Positions 8,390 to 17,452 of a DNA stretch of 23,139 bases are shown one piece after another. Source of the DNA: Gemmatimonadota bacterium (GTDB taxonomy: Bacteria; Gemmatimonadota; Gemmatimonadetes; Palauibacterales; KS3-K002). Made by a program: the position numbers and the translations under genes. Location of the stretch: NCBI GenBank assembly GCA_039586795.1, contig JBDHJS010000070.1, positions 1 to 23,139 of the forward strand, read 5' to 3'. The notes beneath the pieces are model-generated. The model worked only from the letters and a program-made list of their open reading frames with translations. It made no database searches and was not told the DNA's origin. Position 1 is the stretch's first letter. Every line of letters starts with the position of its first letter.

Positions 8390-8938
8390 ATGAACCGGCT
8401 CAGTTTCCTGACGCTCGGTCTGATCGCCCTCGCCGCCTGCGACGAGCTCTCCGTGATGTCGTCAGATGATCAGCCGCTGGAAGAGCGGGCCGCGTCCAAT
8501 GCCGTTATGGCGATCGACCCAGATCTTGTCGTCGACATCGACGTGCGGCCCAACAGTATCGGTCAAACGTTGAACGTGCTTTCCCGTGGGATCGTTGCCG
8601 TGGCGATGTTGGGCCAGGAAGGTCTGGTCTTCGAGGACATCGATTTTACATCGATTCGCTTTGGTGATCCCAACGACGAGCTGTTTCCTGAGCAGGTGGC
8701 CCAACCCATACACGACCTGACGCGCGAGAGCGCTCTCGAAGATCACGTGCGTGATGTCAACGGCGATCTGCTCCCGGATCTCGTGCTTCACTTCGTGCCT
8801 GCAGCAACTCTGTTGGATGTCGGGTACCGCCCGGCCTGCCTGGTTGGCGCCATGAAAGCGACGGCGGACGTAGCAGATCCACCCAGCTTCGCCGGCTGCG
8901 AAACTGTGCGCGTCATTGTACCGCGTAGAGGTCGCTAG
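8390..8938 (+). CDS. Hypothetical lipoprotein, 182 aa, with a DxNxD Ca-binding-like loop
   Basis: AAGGAGG precedes ATG 8390 (preferred to 8315); MNRLSFLTLGLIALAA-C lipobox; VDIDVRP...SRGIVAVAMLG...DVNGDLLPDLVLHF. Confidence 0.85.
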   Translation: MNRLSFLTLGLIALAACDELSVMSSDDQPLEERAASNAVMAIDPDLVVDIDVRPNSIGQTLNVLSRGIVAVAMLGQEGLVFEDIDFTSIRFGDPNDELFPEQVAQPIHDLTRESALEDHVRDVNGDLLPDLVLHFVPAATLLDVGYRPACLVGAMKATADVADPPSFAGCETVRVIVPRRGR

Positions 8939-9210
8939 TCCTGTTGGCACGGTGGCGGCGTGCCGGGTGACCGGGTGGACTCATGTTCATGGACTGGCTG
9001 TGCCGGCAGTGCGGTATCGGGTCCTCTACTCGCTGCTTGGTCGCTGATCCCACGCCGCTGCCTGAACCTGTGTCTCGGAATGCGCGCGCAGGCTCCGGAC
9101 CTCGGATTCGCTCGCTGGCCGAAAGGCGGTGAGCAAGAAGATGCGAGCGAGTGTCAGGGCATGATACGTGTCCATAGATAGAGGGCACGTGGAGTGGAAG
9201 AGCGCGGAGC

Positions 9211-10674
9211 CTACGCGCGTGGACGTCCCGCAGACGGACTTATCGGGAGTCGCTGCAACACGATGCTTTGTATGAAGGCAAGCTCGGCGCTGAAAGCCCA
9301 GTACGCCGGCAAAGCCGACTGCAGCTCGCGTATCTTACGGTAGAGAGTCCGCCTGTCGATACCGAGGATACGGGCCGCCCGGTTTCGATTCCCGTCCGTT
9401 GCCTCGAGCACTACCGCGATGTATTCCATTTCCAGGCGCTTCAGGTTCCATTCTTCGAGAGCGGGACGCGCCAAGAAGTTCCCGTTCACCCCCTCACTTG
9501 CTTCCGGAGGCTCGATCACTATCTCGTTCTTTCCAGCGCACATGATGAGCGTGCGCTCGACGTAGTTCCGCAATTGGCGAACATTCCCCGGCCAATCATA
9601 GCGCGCCAGACTCATAACCGCCGAAGGAGAGAATTGGGGACACTTGAACTCGTTATTCTCGGCGAATCGCTCGCGAAAATGCAAGACGAGCAGGGGAATA
9701 TCGTCGGGCCGTTCGCTCAGCGGAGGAACGTGGATCGGGAACACATTCAGTCGATAGTAGAGATCATCACGGAATTCGCCGCGCTCGACCATCTCGCCGA
9801 GATCACGGTTCGATGCCGCGATTAACCGGAAATCGACCGGGATGTCGTGGCTCGCGCCGACCCGTTGTACCGTTCGCTCCTCCACGACGCGGAGCAATTT
9901 CGATTGCATCCCCAGACTTAGTGACTCGATCTCGTCGAGAAATACGCTCCCCCCTTCAGCCTCCTCGAACAGCCCGCGGCGATTGGACACCGCACCCGTG
10001 AAACTGCCGCGCACGTGTCCAAATAGCTCCGACTCGAGCAGATTCTCCGGAAGGGCGGAACAACTCACAGGCACGAAGCGTCGTTCTTTACGCGGGGAAA
10101 GCTCGTGCAAGGCCCGTGCGACGAGCTCCTTCCCCGTGCCGGTCTGGCCCAATACCAGAACCGAGCTGTTCGTGGGTCCGACGCGCTCTACGAGGTCGAT
10201 GACCCTGCGAATTGCGGCAGACGTTCCTACGATTCCAGCGGGGTTGATCCGCTTCGCGTGCCGGCGCAACCGCGCAACCTCTCGCTGGTTTTCGGATGCC
10301 TGCAGCGCTCGCTCGACGCGGATGAGTAGCTCGTCGACGTTCACCGGCTTTATCAAGTAGTCGAAAGCACCCAGCTTCATCGCTGTTACTGCCGTCGCGA
10401 CACACTTGTCATCGGTGAGCACGATGAACTGGGCGTCCAGCTGCAGCGCCCGGACACGTGTCAATACATAGAGTCCCTTTGGACCTTCATAACAGGCACA
10501 CAGGAGGACCACATGAAAGTGCTGATCGCGCAGCGTGTTTACGGCAGGCTCGCCGCAGGCTGAGTAGGTCGTGGAATAACCCTGGCGCTCCAGGGGTGGG
10601 AGCAGACGCACAGCCGCTGTTGGATCGTCATCGACCAGCAGGACGCGAACCGGAAGCAGGCTCTTGGAAGACAC
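9211..10674 (-). CDS. Sigma54-dependent activator (NtrC family: REC-AAA+-Fis HTH) with an atypical receiver
   Basis: GQTGTGKE, ESELFGH, GSFTGA, FLDEI, FRDDLYYRL, WPGNVRQL and HTH GNRNRAARILGIDRRTLYRK. The receiver reads VLLCAC where D is expected. Confidence 0.93.
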   Translation of the reverse strand: MSSKSLLPVRVLLVDDDPTAAVRLLPPLERQGYSTTYSACGEPAVNTLRDQHFHVVLLCACYEGPKGLYVLTRVRALQLDAQFIVLTDDKCVATAVTAMKLGAFDYLIKPVNVDELLIRVERALQASENQREVARLRRHAKRINPAGIVGTSAAIRRVIDLVERVGPTNSSVLVLGQTGTGKELVARALHELSPRKERRFVPVSCSALPENLLESELFGHVRGSFTGAVSNRRGLFEEAEGGSVFLDEIESLSLGMQSKLLRVVEERTVQRVGASHDIPVDFRLIAASNRDLGEMVERGEFRDDLYYRLNVFPIHVPPLSERPDDIPLLVLHFRERFAENNEFKCPQFSPSAVMSLARYDWPGNVRQLRNYVERTLIMCAGKNEIVIEPPEASEGVNGNFLARPALEEWNLKRLEMEYIAVVLEATDGNRNRAARILGIDRRTLYRKIRELQSALPAYWAFSAELAFIQSIVLQRLPISPSAGRPRA

Positions 10675-10994
10675 TGTTGCCTCTCACTTCTCCCGCAGGG
10701 CTGGCACCCAACGGGTCAGTGAAGATGGCTGCCCGATGTCTCGGTGACTAATCTGGCCCTCGTACACTGGCGATGCAAGGGCTTTCGACCCGCCCCCGAC
10801 CCAGCCATTGGAACCCGTCTTGGGCGTGACAGACCCGACAGGACACGAGGCTGTCGATGCGCTGCACGGCTGAAGCTCCCGGACTCCGCAGCCCTATGGA
10901 TCAATCAGCCCATCTGCAGATGCGTGGTGACGTTCAATCTACAGCACGCCACCAGCATTACGACGCGCTTGGACTGCAACCCGCGAGCTCGCGC

Positions 10995-12353
10995 CTACCG
11001 CTCGGACAACTGGTTGCGCAACAGCTCGACGGCGCGATCGAGAGCCGGATCCCGCCCCTGCTGCACATCCTCCACCGTCGCCTCGACGAAGATGTCCGGC
11101 GCGATGCCGATCCCGACGAAATCGCGCCCGTCAGGATACGTGTCACGTTTGGTGCAGATGTTCGCGCGGCCTCCGCCCGGCAGCGTCAACGAGAGCGGTT
11201 GCCCGGTGCTCCCACCGGTGGGCCGCCCGATCGTCGTGATCTGCGGGATCTTCTCGATGGCGATGAGGAAGTCCTCGGCGGCGGAGAACGTGCCGTGCTC
11301 CTGGAGCACGACGGTGGGCACGATGAGGCGGCGGCCCTCCGCCGGCGCCACCGCGCCGTGGGTGCCGCCATCGCGCCAAGCGTTCATATCGTTGTACTCG
11401 GAGTACCGCTCGTTGAAGGCGCCCCACGCCTTGTAGGCGGCCACGTTCTCCGGGGTCTTCCAGGCCGATGTCTGCAGGCTGTCATTCGTCAGATACGAAG
11501 CGATGGCGTAGCCGTGTCCGCTGTTGCCGCCGCCGTTCTTGCGGATGTCGATGACCAGCGCCTTCGCCCGATACAGCTCCGGGAGCGCCGCCTCGAAGTC
11601 GTCGGCCACGCCCGCATCGCTGAACGTGTTGAGAGCGACGTAGGCGATATCGTCATCCAGCCAGCGTATCTCGAAGCGCTGCCGGGTCGCGCTAGTGGGC
11701 AGCAGCCACTCATCCTCCCGCGTGCGCCGGTCCCGGTCGAGCGTCACCGAACGCCGATCGCCGTCCGGGGTCACGTACATGATGCGCACCGCCTGGTCGG
11801 GGGGGCCGCTGAGCGCGGCGGCCATGATCCGGTCGGCACGATCGTGGTCCGTGCTGGCGAACGTGTAGGGACCATGTTCGCGGACGGCGTGTTCCGCTGC
11901 CGGCTCGCCGTCGATCGTCTCGATCACCGAGTGCACGGGAATCCGCTCGGCCAGCGAGCTGCCCACGTTCGCCACGAGTACCTGGCCCTGCACGTTCTGG
12001 GTCAGGATCCAGGGATAGGACTCGTACGTGCCGGTGGGCGCGCTGAGCCAGACCCGCGTATGACCGTCCTCCAGCAGCGCCACGAACCGCATCAAGGTGC
12101 GGTAGTACTCGTACGTGGACTCTGTGGCCAACACCTGCGGGATGAACGCCCGGTATGTGCTGTCCCAATCCAGGTCTGGCACCTGGTCGAAGAAGGCGAA
12201 GTTGTAGTTTGCCTCCTGCCACAGGTACGATAGGCCGTAGAGCTTTTCGCCATCGGAGAGGTCAGGCGGTGGCGCAGGGGAGTCCTGGGCCGCCAGCCTG
12301 GACGCCAGGAAGAGACCAAGCAAGAGAGAAATCGATAGATACCGTCGAATCAT
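10995..12353 (-). CDS. Secreted S41-family peptidase (helical domain, PDZ-like domain, S41), 452 aa
   Basis: ATG 12353 overlaps the upstream TGA (ATGA); signal peptide MIRRYL...LAA; LEDGHT, IDIRKNGGG, TFSAAEDF, IGRPTGGSTG, GIGIAPDI. Confidence 0.92.
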   Translation of the reverse strand: MIRRYLSISLLLGLFLASRLAAQDSPAPPPDLSDGEKLYGLSYLWQEANYNFAFFDQVPDLDWDSTYRAFIPQVLATESTYEYYRTLMRFVALLEDGHTRVWLSAPTGTYESYPWILTQNVQGQVLVANVGSSLAERIPVHSVIETIDGEPAAEHAVREHGPYTFASTDHDRADRIMAAALSGPPDQAVRIMYVTPDGDRRSVTLDRDRRTREDEWLLPTSATRQRFEIRWLDDDIAYVALNTFSDAGVADDFEAALPELYRAKALVIDIRKNGGGNSGHGYAIASYLTNDSLQTSAWKTPENVAAYKAWGAFNERYSEYNDMNAWRDGGTHGAVAPAEGRRLIVPTVVLQEHGTFSAAEDFLIAIEKIPQITTIGRPTGGSTGQPLSLTLPGGGRANICTKRDTYPDGRDFVGIGIAPDIFVEATVEDVQQGRDPALDRAVELLRNQLSER

Positions 12354-13711
12354 GTCCCCGCTCCGATTGTTAGCCGTCTGAGCTCCTCGGTCGCCCGCTC
12401 CAATACGGGATCGCGACCGTTCCACACATCTTCGACCGTGGGCAACACCTCGATATCGGGCACGACCCCAACTCCGATGTACTCCTCACCACCCGGGTAC
12501 TGCCCTCTCGTGGTCACGACCTGGCCCCTGCCGCCTCCGGGCAGCGCGAAGAACAGCGGCGTCCCACTCGAGCCGGCGGTGGCTTCGCCGATGATAAGGC
12601 CGCGGTTCATGATCCGGAAGCCGACGCAGAAATTCTCCGCCATCGACGCCGTCCGCGAGCGTATCAACACGGCCACTGGTTTCGCGTAGAAGCGCTCGCT
12701 GTCTGCGGGCCAGGTCCCTGGCGGATTGAGGAATAGTTGCTGCTCTTCGCCCCACGCCCTCCATATAGGACGGTACTCCCGGCTGAACCACTGCTGATAG
12801 GTCAGCGTGTCGTCCGTAAGGTAACCCAGGATCGGCCACCCGATGCGGCCGTTCCCACCGCCGTTCCCCCGGAGATCGATGATCAGCGCGTCCGTCTCCT
12901 GAATGAGGGGAAACAGCGAGTCGACCTCGGCGAGCACCTGATCCCACGCGAAGCTCCTGATCGTCAGGTACCCGATACCCTCCTCGAGCTTCTCGAACTC
13001 GACCAGGCTCCAACTGCCAGGGATCCGCCGCAGCCGCGGAAGCGATACGGATCTCTCAGCACCGTCGCGATCTCGTAGCGTGAGTATCACCGGCGTTCCC
13101 ACCGGCCCACGTAGAAGCGCGTAGTCGTAAAGCGTCCGATCGCGCCCCTGCGGGGTGTTGTTGCCGCGGAAGGGCGCTATGTGCTCCGCTACGTACTCCT
13201 TGACCGGGACGCCGTCTACCGCGACGACTTCCATGCCGGGCTCGATGCCAAGAGCGGCCACTTCGGGCAGCGAGTCCGTGTAGACGCGGTGCACGATGAC
13301 CCGACCTTCGGTAAGCCGGGTATGGATTGGCGCGCGCCCGCGCTCGAGGTCGGCGAGCTCTGGCGGAAGCTGCACCCGCGTGTGCCCGTCCTCCAGCGGC
13401 GCGGTGAATCGCTGGAGCGTCCGGTAGTACTCTAGCGTGGAAGTGGTGCTTTCGACCTGAGGGATGAACGCCAGGAACAAGCTGTCCCAATCCAGCTCCG
13501 GCACCTGGTCAAAATTGGCAAAGTTAAACTTCACCTCCGACCATACCTTGGCCAGGCCGGCCACCTTCTCGGCGGCGCTGATGTCTTCACGATAGGGCGT
13601 CTCGAGGGCCGTGCTGCCCCAGGGGCTTCGCTGCGCCGCATCCTGGGCGGCGGCGGACCCCGTAAGCACGAGCGCCCCCAAACCGGCGAGTAACGTTATG
13701 CGGTGGAGCAT
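12350..13711 (-). CDS. Secreted S41-family peptidase (helical domain, PDZ, S41)
   Basis: ATG 13711 follows AGGTG (alternative GTG 13723); signal peptide ends SAAA; LEDGHT, PDZ GIEPGMEVVAVDG, IDLRGNGGG, TASMAENF, IGEATAGSSG, GVGVVPDI. Confidence 0.92.
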   Translation of the reverse strand: MLHRITLLAGLGALVLTGSAAAQDAAQRSPWGSTALETPYREDISAAEKVAGLAKVWSEVKFNFANFDQVPELDWDSLFLAFIPQVESTTSTLEYYRTLQRFTAPLEDGHTRVQLPPELADLERGRAPIHTRLTEGRVIVHRVYTDSLPEVAALGIEPGMEVVAVDGVPVKEYVAEHIAPFRGNNTPQGRDRTLYDYALLRGPVGTPVILTLRDRDGAERSVSLPRLRRIPGSWSLVEFEKLEEGIGYLTIRSFAWDQVLAEVDSLFPLIQETDALIIDLRGNGGGNGRIGWPILGYLTDDTLTYQQWFSREYRPIWRAWGEEQQLFLNPPGTWPADSERFYAKPVAVLIRSRTASMAENFCVGFRIMNRGLIIGEATAGSSGTPLFFALPGGGRGQVVTTRGQYPGGEEYIGVGVVPDIEVLPTVEDVWNGRDPVLERATEELRRLTIGAGT

Positions 13712-13853
13712 TGCTATGTTCACCTATTCTTCGGGCTGGGCATGAGGAACGGGCACAAGTCGGCCGATGGTGGGGATTTCGCATCTCGCAAAATTAGACA
13801 TCCCGACGACCCCAAAAGGTTCGGATGAGAAGGTCGCACGCTGTTTCCGAATG

Positions 13854-13883
13854 CGAAAGCCCGGAGGAGGATCCTCCGGGCTT
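13854..13883 (-). terminator. GC-rich stem-loop after the propeller gene (weak terminator or mRNA stabiliser)
   Basis: AAGCCCGGAGG-5 nt-CCTCCGGGCTT forms a perfect 11-bp stem with only a short T run. Confidence 0.6.
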
Positions 13884-13918
13884 CTTCGGTGAGACTCTTA
13901 GAAGGAGATCGATGGCAG

Positions 13919-15904
13919 CTAGTGATCGGAGGCCAGGGCGTCGCCCAGGTCGATCAGCCAGAGCGAACTGCCCCGCCGGATCTCGCCCTGGTAGGCGATG
14001 TAGCGGCCGTCCGGCGACAGCTGGTAGTACCAGAACTCCGAGTCCTCGTCCCGGGTGATCGCCACGGGCTGCTCGCCCTTACGGACCGACACCCGGTAGA
14101 CGTCGGTGCCCCAGCCCGGAATCGTCTGGGCGAAGATCGTGAAAGCCTGGCTGTCCGGCAGCCAGTGGATGCCCCAGCCGACGCCGATGGTCGTCTCAAT
14201 CAGGCGGGGCGCGCCCGCGGCCGTTCCATCGCGGTTCATCTCGAGCAACAAGATCCTGAAGCTGTTTTCCATGTCGTCGCCGCTCAGGTAGAACGACGCG
14301 GCCAGCCAACGCCCGTCCGGCGAAAAGACCAGGTCGTCGTACAAACCGTAGGTCATGGCCAGCTGTCGGGGCTCGGCGTCGGGGCCGTCGGCAATGAGGA
14401 TCACCGTGGAGTCGCCAACCGCCTCCACCCAGGCCACGCGGTTCCCGAACACGCCCCACGCGGTTCGCGTGCCGAGTTCAGTGGGGAACGACCGAAGCAG
14501 ACGCGACGAGCCGTCGAAAGAGGTGAAGCGCAGCTCGTGGCGGTTACTACGCCTCTCCATATGGAGGAACTCATCGCCCATGGTCGGCCCACCACCGGGC
14601 GTGGCGAGCCCGAACAGACGCATCCAGGCCGTGGAATCGGAGACCTGGCGCGACTCGCCGTCGGCGACGCGGACGATGTTTAATCTCTTCAGCTCTTCGC
14701 CTTCCACCCGGGAGATGTAGGCCATGTATCGCCCGGACTCGGATACGACAACGGGGTTTCGGTAGGCATTCCTCCGCAGGTCGGGGACGATCGTGTATTC
14801 TTCCGCCACACCGCCCTCGACGGGCACGGCCATGGTAGCGATTCGCCCGTCAAGTCGGGTCTGATAGATGACGCGTTGGCCGTCAGGCGTCCAGCCGATG
14901 GGTGTATCACTGGCTCGGGCATCTCCCAGCTGGCGCATCGGTCCACCGGCAACCGGTAGAATGCGAAGTGGGCTGACGGTGTTCTGGATCTTGGTCATCA
15001 GATACCGCCCGTCGGACGTGAACCCGCTCAACTGCATCTCCCGAGGAAGCGCCACGCGGGCGAGTGGCCGTTCGTCCCACGTCTGGATCTCGTAGACCAG
15101 GTCTCCCCCCACCTCGGTCGGCCCTCCCCGCGCCAGTCGATACCGAATGGCGGGACCCGACGGTCCTGTGGGGACCTTCTCGACGACCTCGGGATCACCC
15201 CCGTCCACGGCGACGCGCCACACTCTGGCGGGTGTGCCGACCGGGTCACTCCACACGAAGTACAGGTACCGGCCGTCTTGCGACCAGTCCCTGAGCTGGG
15301 GCTTTCTCGGCAACCGCACGATGGTGCGAGCGTTGCCGCCACGTGCCGGTATGATCTTCAGCGCCATGCCTTGCTCGGCGCCTTCATTCGCCCACACGCG
15401 GTAGGCGATCCATTGGCCATCGGGTGATACGGGACTCGGCCCAAATGCGGGCTCTAACGTTATGCGCTGCGCCGGACCCGCCGCGGCCCCGGTCTCGGGA
15501 TCGATGGCTATGGTCATCAACCCGTCGACGGCGTCGGATTGAAACACGATTCGATCCGAGGTGGGAAACCAGCTTGATCGTACATCCCAATTTCCGGAAG
15601 TGAGCTCGATCGGTTCTCCGCCCTTCACCGATAGAAGCCGGAGCCCCGCGGTGGACTCGGCGCCCGTCGTATGCGAGTACACGATCCAGCGGCCATCGGG
15701 CGACAGACGCTGGAACATGATGTCCACCGTGTCAGAGCCGAAGACCCGCGTGTACCTGGGCTCGACCTGCGGGATGCCCTCCTGGGGCGCTTCCGCCTGG
15801 GTCTGCCCTTTCACCACGCCGACCACCGCCAAGCCGACCGCGAATAGGAGTGCGATCGCGTACGGGGGCCGTCGCATCGCTGGAATCATCGCTAGCTGTC
15901 TCAT
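13919..15904 (-). CDS. Secreted TolB-like/PD40 beta-propeller protein, probably two propellers, 661 aa
   Basis: Signal peptide and about 10 recognisable blades (LSPDGRWIVY, WFPTSDRIVF, VSPDGQWIAY, WSQDGRYLYF, FTSDGRYLM, WTPDGQRVIY, VSESGRYMAY, FSPDGRWLAA, WLPDSQAF, LSPDGRYIAY). No catalytic domain seen. Confidence 0.88.
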   Translation of the reverse strand: MRQLAMIPAMRRPPYAIALLFAVGLAVVGVVKGQTQAEAPQEGIPQVEPRYTRVFGSDTVDIMFQRLSPDGRWIVYSHTTGAESTAGLRLLSVKGGEPIELTSGNWDVRSSWFPTSDRIVFQSDAVDGLMTIAIDPETGAAAGPAQRITLEPAFGPSPVSPDGQWIAYRVWANEGAEQGMALKIIPARGGNARTIVRLPRKPQLRDWSQDGRYLYFVWSDPVGTPARVWRVAVDGGDPEVVEKVPTGPSGPAIRYRLARGGPTEVGGDLVYEIQTWDERPLARVALPREMQLSGFTSDGRYLMTKIQNTVSPLRILPVAGGPMRQLGDARASDTPIGWTPDGQRVIYQTRLDGRIATMAVPVEGGVAEEYTIVPDLRRNAYRNPVVVSESGRYMAYISRVEGEELKRLNIVRVADGESRQVSDSTAWMRLFGLATPGGGPTMGDEFLHMERRSNRHELRFTSFDGSSRLLRSFPTELGTRTAWGVFGNRVAWVEAVGDSTVILIADGPDAEPRQLAMTYGLYDDLVFSPDGRWLAASFYLSGDDMENSFRILLLEMNRDGTAAGAPRLIETTIGVGWGIHWLPDSQAFTIFAQTIPGWGTDVYRVSVRKGEQPVAITRDEDSEFWYYQLSPDGRYIAYQGEIRRGSSLWLIDLGDALASDH

Positions 15905-15974
15905 TATGCCCTGCCTCGCGTCTGGGGTGCCTGCCAGGCGCCTGTGGGCGCCGCTCCGACGCCTGACCTGTAAG

Positions 15975-15990
15975 GCAGGGGCGGTGCCAA
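15975..15990 (-). promoter_or_regulatory. Sigma54 (-24/-12) promoter for the propeller gene
   Basis: Minus strand TTGGCACCGCCCCTGC has the GG-N10-GC spacing and matches TGGCAC-N5-TTGC at all but one base. It lies 70 bp upstream of ATG 15904. Confidence 0.75.
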
Positions 15991-16066
15991 GAGTGCTATT
16001 AATCGTAACTCGTTGTCGGACAATGGGATGGACAGTATGTATCCGCTGTGAGCCGCCAGAAGAGAG

Positions 16067-17452
16067 CTACGAATCGTGACCAGGATGGTCACGTTCCGTT
16101 ACCATCAGCCCGTGCTTGGCGATGAGCCGGTCGAGGCGCGGCCGGGAGATGCCCAGGACGCGGGCCGCCTGACGCTTGTTGCCGCCGGTCCGCCGGAGCA
16201 CGCGATCGACATGGGCCTTCTCCGCCGCGTCCAGCGTCGCATCGTCGCCCACCGTCTCGGCAGTCGGTGCGCCCTCGAATCCGGTCGCCGGCCCCAGCGA
16301 GAGATGCTCCGCTGTGATGGCGGGCCCCCGAGCGACCACCGCGGCCCGGGTCAGCGTGTTCTCCAGCTCGCGGACGTTGCCCGGCCAGTCATAGGCGGTC
16401 AGCGCTCGCAGCGCGTCGTCCGAGATGACGCGCACTTCCTTGTGCAGATCCCGGGCGATGCGGGCGAGCAGGTGCTCGGCGAGGAGGGGGATGTCGTCGC
16501 GGCGCTCGCGAAGCGGCGGCACCCAGATCTCCACCACCTTGAGCCTGAAGTAGAGGTCCTCGCGGAAGTCGCCGCTGCCGATGCGCTCCTCGATGGAGCG
16601 GTTGGTCGCCGCGATGACCCGCGCCTCCGTCTTGCGGGGCCGCTCGCCGCCCACGGGAAAGACCTCGTGATCCTCGACGACGCGGAGCAGCTTCGCCTGA
16701 AACGCCGGACTGACATCGCCGATCTCGTCCAGGAACAGGGTGCCGGCGCCGGCCAACTCGAAGCGGCCTTTGTGGTCGCTGACCGCGCCGGTGAACGCGC
16801 CGCGCACATGCCCGAACAGCTCCGACTCGAGGAGCGTCTCGGTGAGCGCCGTGCAGTTGACCGCGATGAACGGCTCCTCCGCCTGGTCCGAGTTGAAATG
16901 AATGGCCCGGGCGATGACCTCCTTGCCCGTGCCCGTCTCGCCGCGGATGAGGACCGGCGCCCGCTGGGCGGCCAGGGTGCCGATCATCTTATAGATCTCG
17001 ATCATACGGGGATCGCGGCCCACAAGCTGGTTGAGGGCGTAGGGCTCTGCCGCCTCCGCGCTCAGCTGATCGGCGCGCCGCTTCAGCCGACGATCCTGGA
17101 TGCAGCGTTCGATCAACAGATCGATCTGATCGAGGTCGAGGGGTTTCACGAGGTAGTCGTAGGCGCCGGCCTTCATAGCCTCCATGGCGCTTTTCATGTC
17201 CTCGTGGGCCGTGATCACCAGCACGTCGGTCTCGGCCATCGCTTGCCGCACCCGAGTCAGCAATTCCAACCCGTCCATGCCCGGCATGCGCAGGTCGGTG
17301 ATGACCAACGCCGGGTCAAACTCGGCCAGCTGACCCAACGCCTCCTCAGCGCTCGCCGCCGTGGAAACTTGATGGCCGGAGCGCGTGAGGTGGAGCTGGA
17401 ACGTCTCACGAATCGAAGCGTCGTCGTCCACGACCAGGATCCGACGGTTCAT
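16067..17452 (-). CDS. Sigma54-dependent response regulator (NtrC/AtoC/ZraR family), 461 aa
   Basis: Canonical REC (VVDDD, ITDLRMPGMDG, KP), GETGTGKE, GAFTGA, FLDEI, FREDLYFRL, WPGNVREL and a Fis HTH. ATGA overlap with the kinase. Confidence 0.96.
   Translation of the reverse strand: MNRRILVVDDDASIRETFQLHLTRSGHQVSTAASAEEALGQLAEFDPALVITDLRMPGMDGLELLTRVRQAMAETDVLVITAHEDMKSAMEAMKAGAYDYLVKPLDLDQIDLLIERCIQDRRLKRRADQLSAEAAEPYALNQLVGRDPRMIEIYKMIGTLAAQRAPVLIRGETGTGKEVIARAIHFNSDQAEEPFIAVNCTALTETLLESELFGHVRGAFTGAVSDHKGRFELAGAGTLFLDEIGDVSPAFQAKLLRVVEDHEVFPVGGERPRKTEARVIAATNRSIEERIGSGDFREDLYFRLKVVEIWVPPLRERRDDIPLLAEHLLARIARDLHKEVRVISDDALRALTAYDWPGNVRELENTLTRAAVVARGPAITAEHLSLGPATGFEGAPTAETVGDDATLDAAEKAHVDRVLRRTGGNKRQAARVLGISRPRLDRLIAKHGLMVTERDHPGHDS

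Noticed and set aside
10857..12233. 458-aa plus-strand ORF
   Set aside because: Antisense to the S41 peptidase; no recognisable domain.
13919..15904. tolB or S9 dipeptidyl peptidase
   Set aside because: No tol-pal context and no C-terminal alpha/beta hydrolase domain.
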